Below are positions 11,832 to 22,388 of a stretch of 64,000 nucleotides of DNA, in pieces. The DNA is from an uncultured Planctomycetota bacterium. GTDB lineage: Bacteria; Planctomycetota; Planctomycetia; Gemmatales; Gemmataceae. The position numbers and the translations under genes were made by a program. The notes under the pieces were generated by a model. It worked only from the letters and a program-made list of their open reading frames with translations. It was not told the origin of the DNA and searched no databases. The stretch is from contig CAWKHF010000006.1 in NCBI GenBank assembly GCA_963849325.1, positions 416,001-480,000 on the forward strand, in the 5' to 3' direction. The first letter of the stretch is position 1; each line of letters starts with the position of its first letter.

Positions 11832-14800
11832 ATGTGGACCCCCAAACGGATCTTGCTGCTGGCCGTTGGCTTCGTGCTATTCACGCTGGTGTATCTCCTT
11901 TATTCGGCGACGTCGCTGGGCCGCATCAATACGCTGCCGCCGCTGCCGGAACAGTACAGCGAAGGCAATTCGTCGTCGTCCGGCGATCGGCCGCCGCGGA
12001 GTCGGTCCGACCCCCCTGGAACGCAAGATGGAATTGGCGTTCGGCATCGGCTGCAAGGAACTGAAGTGGCCGGTCCTGCTCGGAGCTGAACGCCAAGAGC
12101 ATGGTGATGGCCGCCGGCAATTTCTCGGTCGAGGACGACGGCCGCGTCAAGCTGGAGCCGATGAGCATCGGCCTGTTCGGCAAGAAAAAGAACGACGGCC
12201 GGGACATCGAAATCAATACCCTCAAATGTAAGCAAGCCTTCATCACCTTCGACCGGCCCGTTGCCTCCCTGAGTCCGAGCGAACTGAACGGCCGCAAGGT
12301 CGTCAAGGCGGAACTGTACGGCAGCCATACCCCATTGAAATCATCAACAATCGCCGCACGGCGCTGCGCGATGACGATTTGACGGTCATTATCGATACGG
12401 GTCCGCTGCACTACCTGGAGAAGAAGCAACTCATCTGGACGACCGACGTCGTCCACCTGCAGGACGGCCAGCTGACGCCGCCCAAGGCCGACATCGTCGC
12501 CAAGGGGATGGAGATGGAGCTGACAACGTCGTCGCCGCCGCCCAAGCCGGGGGCCATCGTCCACAAGCCCAAGAACGAGAGCATCTCCGGCGTCAAGCGC
12601 ATCGTGCTGAAGCAGGACGTGACCATGCACCTGTACATCGCCGGGGCGATGCCGTTCCCCGGCGGCGACAAGACGCGCCCCGCCGGCGGCGGTCAAGGGC
12701 AAGAATGAGCCGCCGCGCCGGAACCCTCGCACGTCATCATCCGCACGCCGGGGCGCTTCCAGTACGACCTGTACAAGGACCACGACATGGCTCGTTTCGA
12801 CGTGCCGGAGGGCCAGGACCAGCCCAATTCGCCGCAGGACGTCACGGTGCAACGCATCAACGAGCGGTTGGGCACGAACGACCAGCTGGTGTGCAAGCAC
12901 TTGCAATTGCGCGTCAAGCGGCGTGACGGGCCAACGCCGCCGGCCGGGGCGCCGGCGTCCTCGACGGAGCAATCGCTGGAAATCGAGACCGCTCACGCCA
13001 CCGGCCCGGAAGTCACGCTGACCTCCGACGCCGAGAAACTCGACGCCCACGGCAACGATTTCTTCTACGACGCGGCCCAGAAGCTCACCATCCTCAAAGG
13101 CGTCCCGTACATGGAGGCCGAGAAGGAGGGGAGCCTCATCCAGGCGCCCGAGCTGCGCATCCGGGACGTGCCGCTGTCTCCTTCTGCTCCGGGCAGCGAG
13201 AAAGGCGGGGCCAATCCGCCAAGGACCTATCAGCAGATCCACGCCAACGGACCCGGCAGCATTCACATGCTCAACAAAGCCACCGACAAGAGGAACATAC
13301 ACGCCTTCTGGAACGATCAGCTCATTTCAACGCGCGACGGCGAGCTGGATCTGCTGATCCTGATCGGATCGGCGCGCTTCGTGGACGATGAGCACGAACA
13401 GTTGCTGAAGGCGGAGACCCTCAAGGTTTGGCTGCTCGCCGACGACAAGAAACCTCCGCTTTCTCCCTCGCCGGCGGTGAAGGCGAAGACGGCGGGGGCG
13501 CCGGCGAGTCCCGAGTCGTCGCGCCGGCCGCACCACGTCGAGGCGCTGCGCAACGTCGTGGCCCGATCGGCCGAGCTGAACGTCCACGATACGAGCCGGC
13601 TCCTCGTCCGCTTCACGGACGTGCCGCCGTCGCGCATGCCCCCTCCCGCGTCGGGCAGTGCGAAGCCCGAAGGCCGGCCGCCGGAGAGCAAGACGTCCGC
13701 TCCCACCGTAATAGCCAAACCCGTCTCCTCCGCGGCGCCGGCAGTCGTGGCGCAGCCGAACAAGCTCGCCGCCGCGTCTCCGGTGGCCAACGTCCGGGGT
13801 TCCGCCGGAGCGCCGATGCCTGCCGGACCCGCAATGCCGGCCACCGGAGCAATGGGCAAGCCGGCGAGTGCGTCCGGAGCCGCGCAACCGGGGGCGTCCG
13901 CCAAGACCGGCCCAGCGCCGGCGCGGCCGATCGATCTGACGGCGCGCTCGGTCGAGGCGGAGGTGCTGCGCTGTGGCGAACGCAACGTCCTGGACCACCT
14001 GTGGACCGAGGGCGACGTCAAGGTGCGGCAGGAGCCGGCCAAGCCGGGCGAAAAAGGCGTCTACATTGAGGGCGATACGCTGGACATGAAGGCGTACCCC
14101 GAGGGCAACCTGCTTGTCGTCACCGGCGACATGGCCCAGCTGCAAATGGACAAGATGCTCATCTTCGGGCCGGAGGTGAACATCGATCAAGCCAAGAACA
14201 AGGCGTGGGTCTACGGCAGCGGCGCCATGCGCATGGAGAGCAACACCACCCTGGAGGGCAAGCCGCTGGGCCGTACCGTGCCGCTCACCATCCACTGGAG
14301 CCAGGACATGCTCTTCCAGGGCGATCACGCCGAATTCCGAGGCAACATCAATGCCGAGCAGGAAAGCGCTCTGTTGGCCTGCCAGTTCCTGCAAGTGTTT
14401 TTCGATCGGCCCATCTCGCTGAAAGAGGGCAATCGCGGCGATCATCCGCCCAAGGTCCGCAATCTCGTCGGCGACAAGGAAGTGCGGGTGGAAGACAAGG
14501 TGGTCGAGCGCGACCGTCTGCAGAAGTACCAGCTGCTGGAGGGCCGGTCGATCACCATGAATACCGTGCCGCGCGATGACGCGCCTCCCTCTTTATCCAC
14601 TCCTGGAGCAAGAGGCGAGAAAGGAGGGGGCCGCGGCAGCGATGCCAGCGAGGTGCATCTGTCCGGCCCCGGCAGCGTGCGCATCCTGCAGCGCGGAGGG
14701 ACGGACCTCGCTACGCCGTCCGGCAAGCCGGCGCCGGGCAAACCCGGCACTCGACCGCCGGCGGCCGCCGACCAGGAGATGAAGCTGACCTACGTGAGCT

Positions 14801-15255
14801 TCGAGCATTCGATGCAGGCCAGCAATCGGACGAACACGGCGGTTTTCTGGAAATCGGTGCGCCTCCTCAATTTGCCCTGCGAGAACCCGTACCGCGAGAT
14901 TGACCTCGACGCCATGCTGGCCTCGGAACTGCCGCCCGGAGCGATGTACCTGCGCTGCAACCGGCTCAAGGTGCTCAGTCAGCCGGCGCCGGACGGCAAG
15001 AGCCATCAGGAGATGGAGGCCAACGGCCAGGTCATCGTGCAGGCCAAGGAGTTCACGGCCCAGGCCGACCACATGACCTACAACGAGGCCAAGGACCAAA
15101 TCATCTTCATCGGCGAGGGCGGCAACCACGCAACGCTATCGAAGATCATCGCCAAGGGCGTCGAGCCGCAGGTACTGCGGGCGCGGAAAATCATCTATAT
15201 TCGCAGCACCGGCTATGCCTGGGTGGATAAAGGCGAGGAGTTGAACGGCAATTGA
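11832..15255 (+). CDS. Large membrane-anchored beta-rich protein, probable LptC/LptA (OstA-like) jellyroll repeats; several frameshifts
   Basis: N-terminal TM helix, beta-strand-rich segments with Pro/Ala linkers, C-terminal QADHMTYNEAKDQIIFIG; follows kdsD-kdsC. Confidence 0.55.
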
Positions 15256-15268
15256 GAAGCAATCTCCC

Positions 15269-15311
15269 AAGCCGCTTGCGGCTTAGCGGCCAAGCTAAGC
15301 CGCAAGCGGCG
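15269..15311. repeat. REP-like palindrome (AAGCCGCAAGCGGC family)
   Basis: GCCGCTTGCGGCTTAGC...GCTAAGCCGCAAGCGGC between convergent genes. Confidence 0.75.
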
Positions 15312-15321
15312 TCGAGGCCGC

Positions 15322-16082
15322 TTACTCCTTCTTGCTCGGCAGCTCGATGACCTCGACCTTGCGATACTTGACGACGGTGCCGGGATCGTGTCCTTGCAGG
15401 GCGAAGTGCCCCTTGCTGTAGTTGTTGTTCTCGTCCACGAAGTCCACCGTCGTCTTGTCGTTGACCTTGATGACGATGTGATTGCCCTTGGCGATCACTT
15501 CCTGGGTGAACCACTCGTCGGGCTTGACCAGCTGCTCCTTGATCAAAATCTTGTCGTGCGCTCCGGGGGTGAGCTTGATCGACGGATACAGGCTGCCGGT
15601 GCGGATGGGGTCGCGGTGCGTGCTGTTGATCTGGGCCTCGTAGCCCTTGGGGAAGTCGGCGCCGAACTGCGGTGCGGAAATACTGGCCGCTGTTGCCGTG
15701 GTCGTTGATCTTGGCCTCGACGCGGTAGCGGAAATTCTCGTAATCGCCGCGTTCGGTGAACAAATGGCTGTGAGGACCGCTGCCGATGAGGATGCCTTCC
15801 TCGACGTGCCACAGCGGCACTTCCTGCCCTTGTCCTCCCTTTTTCAGCTTGCCGTGGTAGGCGATCACCTTGCCGTCCTGCTCTTTCTTGACGATCTCTT
15901 CGATGTCTCCGGGATTGGGATTGGAGTACATTTTCCATCCGGTCAGATCCTTGCCGTTGAAGAGTGGCGTCCACTTGCCGTCGTCCAGGCCCTTGGAATC
16001 GGCGGCGGCCGGCAGGGACGCGAAAGCCAGCGCCGCCAGGCCGGCCAGCAGCACGGCGAAACTCAGCAGATGTCGTAGGCAT
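15322..16082 (-). CDS. DUF1080 (3-keto-disaccharide hydrolase-like) protein; frameshifted
   Basis: WTPLFNGKDLTGW, GNSGQYFR, KGHFALQGHDPG. Confidence 0.88.
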
Positions 16083-16117
16083 GTCCAGATGCTCCTTCGT
16101 CGGAGAAATTCGGATCT

Positions 16118-16152
16118 CAGCGTAAGCGAGGGAATGTCCCTCGCTTACGCTG
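16118..16152. repeat. REP-like palindrome (CAGCGTAAGCGAGGG)
   Basis: CAGCGTAAGCGAGGGA...TCCCTCGCTTACGCTG. Confidence 0.7.
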
Positions 16153-16166
16153 CGGGCTGTTAGCCC

Positions 16167-17088
16167 TTACTTCTTCGACTTCTGGGGCGGCGTGGGCAAT
16201 TCGCTGGCGTGGGGGGCGGCGGATCTTCAGGTTGGGCGTAACGTCGGCCTCGACGCGGCCCAGCGTCCACGCCAGGGCGCCTGAGAGCAAGGTTTGCATG
16301 ACCGGACTCTCCCAGACGTCCTCGCGGTGGCCCATCGACGTGTAGAAGACACGGCCCTTCTCGTGCTTGCGCGCCCAGGTGGCCGGGTAATTCGGCCGTT
16401 CGTAATCGAAATTCTTCATGCCCTTGGTGTCCTGCACGAGGATGACGTGCAGGTCCGGCGCGAAGTTCTTCAGCGAATACCACTCCTCGTTCAGCTCAAA
16501 ATCCTTGGCGTCCTTGATGCCGGGGAAGTGGGGATCGACCACGCGCATCCAGGCTTTTTGCTGCTGGCCGTGCTTGATGAACTCGCCGCCGAGCATGGCG
16601 ATGTAGGGATCGACCTTGTCGCGCTCCTGGTTCTGCCACTGGCCGCCCTTGCTGTGGAAGGTATCGCTGGCGCAGTGGCAGCCGACGAAGCCCTTGCCGC
16701 CGGCGACGGCGTCGAGCAGCGCCTTCTTGCCGGCCTTCGACATCGGCGGCGAACCGTCCTTGCACTTTTCGCTGAGCAGATCGCCCTGCGTCTCGAACAG
16801 GAAGCCGTCGAACGTGGGGAAGTCCTTCGACTCGAAGACGCGGCCATCCTTTTCGCAAAGGACGTCGAGGTTGAACTTGGCGCCGAACTCGGTGACGATC
16901 CGCTCGGCCAGCGACGGCTTGCCGCCCTTGCGCTCGACCACGGAGTGCTGGAAGCCGACCGAGCGCGTGTACATGAGGAGGCGGCGTTTGGCGGCGTCGG
17001 CCCCGGCCGTCCAGCCTTGCGGCAGGCGGGCGGCGCCCAAGAGCAGCGCGGCGAGACTCGATTGTTGCAGCCATTGACGTCGATTCAT
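16167..17088 (-). CDS. Tat-exported ThuA domain protein; frameshift near the 3' end
   Basis: MNRRQWL twin-arginine leader; GKGFVGCHCASD, EEWY, KGRVFYTSMGHREDVW. Confidence 0.88.
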
Positions 17089-17265
17089 GGGTGTTCTCCT
17101 GTGAGCGGCGCGGGTTGGGGGATCGGGGTCAGTGTAAGAGATGATGCCGTGGACTGCCAGGGGATAACGGCCTTGACGCCGCCAAGGCGGTCCTTATGCT
17201 GCCGGACTGCCCGGAAGGCACTGGAGGCTCCCTAGCGTTTCCGAGGTAGCGGAGGTCGGCAACAC

Positions 17266-19346
17266 ATGGCAGCCGTCGGCTCATCCCGCACGGCTCGGCT
17301 CGGGGCGTGCTTTGTCATCCTGATGCTGGCAGCCCTGCCGGGCTGCGCCTCGATCCGCGTCGATCGGACGCATCAATCCGGCCTGCTTGCCGACTGGCAC
17401 GCCAGCGCCGTCGGCCGCGACGAGTTGTCGCCGCGCACGGCGCAGACGCTGCGACAATGGGATCTTGCCGACCTGTATGCGCGCTCTGCCGACGAGGCCG
17501 AGGCGCGGCTGCACGACGAGGCCGTGCGCGAATCCGCAGCCGGACCTGGTGTTCGCCCTGGCCGAGATCAACTATGTCCGGGGTCGAAAGGCCGAGCGGC
17601 ACGACTGCGCCCACGCCACTGCCTACTACTACCTCTGCGCCGGCTACGCCTACCACTACCTGTTCGACGAGCCGCCGCGTCCGGCCCCGGACATGGAGTG
17701 CAACCTGAGAACGGTCGGCAACCCGCCGGGTCCGCTGCCCGACCGCTTCTCTCCACGCGCGTCCATCTTCGACCCGCGCTTCCGCCTGGCCTGCGAGCTG
17801 TACAACGCCGGCCTGGCCAAGTGCATCGCCGCCGCTCAGCGGGTCGGCCAGCTCGACCCGCGCCATGAGCTGCGCCTGCCGACGCCGGACGGCAAGGGCT
17901 TCACGCTCTCGGTCGCCCACACCGGCTTCACCTGGACGCCAGAGGAGTTCGGCCGGCTACTCATCTGCGCCGACTACGAAGTCATCGGCGTGGCCAACCA
18001 CCATCGCAACTATGGCCTGGGTGTGCCGCTCATCGCCACGCGCGCCGCCGGCACCGGCGACGACGAACCGGGACAAACCTTCTATCCGCGCGATGCCAGC
18101 TTCGCGGCCACCGCCTTCTTCCGCTTCGCGGGCAGCCTGGCCGACCTCGGTACCCAGCGCTGCGGCCGACTCGAACTGTACAATCCGCTCACCGTCAAGA
18201 CCGTTGAGACGGCCGGCCAGACCGTGCCGCTGGAGACCGACCTGACGACGCCGCTGGCCTACTTCCTGGCCAACAGTGACCTCGGCAACCTCGCCGACTT
18301 GAAGGGCTTCGTCTACGGCGAGCACATCCGCGGCCAGACCGGCATCCGCATGATTTCCCCCTATCAGCCCGGCAAAGTGCCCGTCGTCCTGGTCCACGGT
18401 CTGCTGTCGTCGCCCTTGACCTGGGCGCCGGTCATCAACGACTTGCAGGCCGACCCGGTGCTGCGCGAGCGCTACCAGTTCTGGTACTACTACTATCCGA
18501 CGGGCGCTCCCTACCTGGCCTCCGCCGCCGAGCTGCGCCGCCAACTGAACCAGCTGCGCGACGAGGTCGATCCGCGCCATCAGGACTCGGCCCTGGACAA
18601 CATGGTGTTTGTCGGCCACAGCATGGGCGGGCTAATCTCGAAGCTGATGACGGTCAACTCCGGCAACGACTTCTGGAAGCTGGTCAGCAACGATCCGTTC
18701 GACAAGGTGAATCTGCCCGAGGCGGCGCGGGCGGACCTGGAGCAGACGTTTTTCTTTCGCCGCGAGAGCTGCGTGACGCGCTGCATTTTCATCGGCACGC
18801 CGCACCACGGCTCGAAGCTGAGTCCGTCGCCCCTGGGCCGGCTGGCGGTCCACCTGATCCATCTGCCCGAAGACCTGATGACGGCGAGCCAGGATCTCAT
18901 CAAGGACAATTCGGAGCTGCCAACGCTATTGCGGCCGCGGCCGCTGCCGACCAGCGTCGATTTGCTGGACCCCAACGCGCCGGCCCTGGTGCTGATGGCC
19001 AACCGCCCGCGACCGGAGCGCGTTCACTATCACACCATCGCCGGCGTCGTCTCGACGGCGACGACCGACTTCGAGCGCTGGCTGGCCGGCGACCGCCGCG
19101 ACCCCGGCGACGGCGTCGTGCCCTACAAGAGCCCACATCGACGACGCCGATTCCGAGTTGGTGGTGCCGGCCGATCACTTCCACGTCCATCATCATCCGC
19201 TGGCGGTGCAGGAAGTACGGCGGATCTTGCTGGAGCACTACCAAATGTTCATCCGCCAGAAGGACGCTCAGAGGGAATTGCAGCTAACGTCCTCAAATGC
19301 GGACAAAGATGCCACGCCGGTACATCCACAAGCAGATCAGCCATAG
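17266..19346 (+). CDS. Alpha/beta hydrolase (lipase/esterase) lipoprotein; frameshifted
   Basis: Lipobox-like LPGC; VVLVHGLLSS, VGHSMGG nucleophile elbow, IGTPHHGS, GDGVVPY. Confidence 0.85.
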
Positions 19347-20633
19347 CACAAGTAACACCGCGCCCGCCTCCGTAATTGGCCCAAAGGTGTTGTTGAGCCA
19401 CACCGGATCGACGGCAACGTGGAACATGCCCAACAGCGGCTTGACGACGTGCGCCAGGCTGGGCATGGCGAGCGGTCCCAGGTGAATGCGCAGCGTCGAA
19501 CGGGTCCAGCCCTTGATGAGCTGGGCCATGCAATACATGGCGATGGAGTTCATGCCGACGACGATCAGCGGAAACGCCCAGCGTTTCCAGCCCTGAATGT
19601 CGAGCACCCAGAAGAAACCGGCCAGCATCCAGAACGTCCAGCCGGCGCTGTACAGCGCCCACGACGGCGTCCAGATGCGCTTGACGATCGGACAGATCGT
19701 CTCGCCCGCTGCCCAGCCGAGAACCAGGCAGACCGCGCCGGCGGCGACGAGCCAGGCCAGCTTGCGCCATTTGCTCCGCGGCGTGCGCAGCATCTCGCCG
19801 GCCATGAGGCCGAGGAGCATGGTCGCCAGCGACGGCACGAAGTTGAGCGTCTGATAGCCGCCCGCGTTGAAGCGGAAGGGTTTGTCCGCTTCGGCCGGCG
19901 GGAAGAGGTTGAGGAACCACGAATCGAACGCCGCCGCCGCGTTCGTGTTCTTGTCCCAGTGGGCGAACCAGCCTCCCAGGCTTTGCCAATCGTCCTTCCA
20001 GCCGACCGCATGAGCATCGAACCCCGACGCCGGAAGCGGCCAGAGGAAGAACAGCAGCCAGTAGCCAATTAGGATACCGGCCAGCGCCGCCAGCTGCACG
20101 CGCAGCCCGCGCCCCAGCAGCAGATACAGAAAGGCGTAGCCGAGACCAATCTGGGAGAGCACGTTGGTGAAGGTAAAGTAGGTGCTGCCCTTGCTCCCGT
20201 TGGAGGACAGGAAGATGCCCAGCAGCACCAGAAAGACGGCCCGATAGAGGACGTGGGCGACGATCTTCGTCGGGGAGTCGCCTTTGGCCCGGCGGCTGGC
20301 GATGGAGTAGGGCATGGCCACGCCGACCATGAACATGAACGACGGCTGAATGAGGTCCCACAGCGAACAGCCGATCCACGGCACGTGATCGGTGTTGAAG
20401 GCGAGGAGCTGCCAGGTACGGTTGTCGGGGAAGTTCCGAGCCACGGCCGGCAGCGCCAGACCGCCGGAGGCCATGAAGAGCATGATCGCGCCGCGGTAGG
20501 CGTCCAGCGACGCCAGCCGGGCCGGTTTCTCGCGCGGGGCCGGCATCGCCATCGGCGTTTCCCGATGCGCCGGTTGTTCGACCTGTTCGAGTGGCGGAGA
20601 GGTGGTCAGAAGCGAAGTCATGGTAGGTATCAC
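19293..20633 (-). CDS. DUF5009/HGSNAT-like membrane acyltransferase
   Basis: RLASLDAYRG, DLIQPSFMFMVG, PIVKRIWTPS, VGMNSI; polytopic. Confidence 0.88.
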   Translation of the reverse strand: MIPTMTSLLTTSPPLEQVEQPAHRETPMAMPAPREKPARLASLDAYRGAIMLFMASGGLALPAVARNFPDNRTWQLLAFNTDHVPWIGCSLWDLIQPSFMFMVGVAMPYSIASRRAKGDSPTKIVAHVLYRAVFLVLLGIFLSSNGSKGSTYFTFTNVLSQIGLGYAFLYLLLGRGLRVQLAALAGILIGYWLLFFLWPLPASGFDAHAVGWKDDWQSLGGWFAHWDKNTNAAAAFDSWFLNLFPPAEADKPFRFNAGGYQTLNFVPSLATMLLGLMAGEMLRTPRSKWRKLAWLVAAGAVCLVLGWAAGETICPIVKRIWTPSWALYSAGWTFWMLAGFFWVLDIQGWKRWAFPLIVVGMNSIAMYCMAQLIKGWTRSTLRIHLGPLAMPSLAHVVKPLLGMFHVAVDPVWLNNTFGPITEAGAVLLVLWLICLWMYRRGIFVRI

Positions 20634-20835
20634 GGTCTTGGGTGGGAAGAGCGAACAGCATCAAGGAAACCACTTCCGCCAGGCGTTGTCAATCGTGTTC
20701 AACAAACGCTTCCGAGCCTGAAGCGTGAGTGAAGGAAAAGAAACTTCTGCTTAGCTTGACATTTGTTCACAAGAAGAGTATCTTCCGGCCCGTGTTTCGC
20801 CAACTATCCAGAGTTTTTGAGAAGGAGGAAGAGCC

Positions 20836-21291
20836 ATGTCGAAGCGACCCGCGCGGCCGCAAAGTTATCCGTGGTTGTCTCCGTACCTGACCGTGAAGGA
20901 TGCGGATGCCGCCATCGACTTTTATCAAAAGGCGTTCGGCTTCGAGAAACGCATGTCTCTGCACGGGCCGGATGGCCGAACCGGCCACGCCGAGATGACG
21001 TGGAAGGAGGCGATGATTATGTTTGGGGCGGTCCCGGAGTCGAAGCGCGACGAATGGCCCTGTCGGCCTCCGGCCGAGAAGGGGATCCACTCGCCGATCA
21101 CGCTGTACGTTTATTGCGAGGACGTGGACGCCCTGTTCACCCGCGCCGTCGCGGCGGGCGCCAAGGCGATCAAGCCGCCGCAGGACGTTTTCTACGGCGA
21201 CCGAATGTGTACGCTGGAAGACCCGGACGGCTACTGGTGGAGTTTCGCCACCAATGTCGCCGACTTCGATCCGAGCAAGGTGCCCGGATAA
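20836..21291 (+). CDS. VOC/glyoxalase (PhnB-like) protein
   Basis: PYLTVKDADAAIDFYQKAFG, DVFYGDR, DPDGYWW. Confidence 0.9.
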   Translation: MSKRPARPQSYPWLSPYLTVKDADAAIDFYQKAFGFEKRMSLHGPDGRTGHAEMTWKEAMIMFGAVPESKRDEWPCRPPAEKGIHSPITLYVYCEDVDALFTRAVAAGAKAIKPPQDVFYGDRMCTLEDPDGYWWSFATNVADFDPSKVPG

Positions 21292-21295
21292 CGAC

Positions 21296-22098
21296 TCAGG
21301 TTTCCACGACCGCCGACTGCAACGCATGCAGCAGGTGGTCCAACCAGGCGACCAGGGTATCGGGGTTGGGGACGTGGGCCGCGGCCGACAGCGGCGCCTG
21401 CGGGCCGACGCCCAGGGTGATGCCGCCCAGGGACGTCACGGCCGCGAAGGCGTCGCTGTCGTTGTCGGCATCGCCGGCGTAGAAGACGAAGGCCGGTTCG
21501 CCAACGTGGTCCACGATCTTCTGTACGGCCTCACTCTTGGTCCCCGCGCCGGCCACGGTAACCTCCAGGGCCCGTGGGACATCGACGATGCGCAGCTCCT
21601 TGGTCCAGCGCTCCAGGAAACCCAGGACGCGCGAACGCACTTCCTCCGTCTGAGACGGCGCGACGCCGCGATAATGGACCGTGAAGCCGTAGCGCTTGTG
21701 TTCGACCCACGCTCCGGGATAGACCTGCTCGATGGTCGCCAGCCGCCGCGTCACCTCGTCGATCAGCTGGACGCTCTGCAGGGCGGCGGGGTGGACAAAG
21801 GAGGAGCCGTCATGCAGCTTCAGTTCGATGCCGCTCAGGCCGCCGTACAGTAGGTCGGGAATGTCGATCAGCTTCTCAACGTCTTCGAGCCGTCGGCCGC
21901 TGAGGACGCCGACGTGCGTGCGCGGGAGGGCGGCGAACTGCCCGAGCAAGTCGCGCGTCCGGGCGCGATCTTCGCCAACCACGGAAACTCGACGAGCGGC
22001 GTCAAGGTGCCGTCGTCGTCGAAGAGCAGGACCAACTTTTCACCGGCGTGATGGGCGGCAACCAGGGGCACCAAAACGTCCGGCAGAGATTCGTCCAC
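21296..22098 (-). CDS. otsB: Trehalose-6-phosphate phosphatase; frameshift near 21965
   Basis: LLFDDDGTLTPLV, VLSGR, WVEHK, TVHYR, YAGDADNDSDAF. Confidence 0.85.
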
Positions 22099-22266
22099 GT
22101 TTCACTCCTGTTCTGTTGCCGTGGACGTGTCCGTGTCGCGGCGCCACAAAGGGGCCGGCGTCGAAGGAGGGCAAGCCAGCCCAGCAATAGGTGAAGGGTG
22201 TCGGCGGTTTGCTGGGTATCCGCCTCCACGGATGGGAAATAACAACCTTTGTTCAATGTATCATTT

Positions 22267-22283
22267 TGCAAACGAGATGCCAA
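22267..22283 (-). promoter_or_regulatory. sigma54 (-24/-12) promoter upstream of otsB
   Basis: Minus strand TTGGCATCTCGTTTGCA matches TGGCAC-N5-TTGCW with correct GG/GC spacing, about 170 bp upstream of the start. Confidence 0.65.
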
Positions 22284-22309
22284 CGCCGCGATGGATACGA
22301 GGGGCCTCC

Positions 22310-22363
22310 TCCGAGCCTGAAGCGTAAGCGAAGAGATGCTCTTCGCTTACGCTTCAGGCTCGG
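22310..22363. repeat. REP-like palindrome (CCGAGCCTGAAGCGTAAGCGAAG family)
   Basis: Perfect arms; related copies at 57291-57342 and 63196-63266, half copy near 20712. Confidence 0.85.
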
Positions 22364-22388
22364 ATAAACACGTTTTGTCCTCTCGCTC

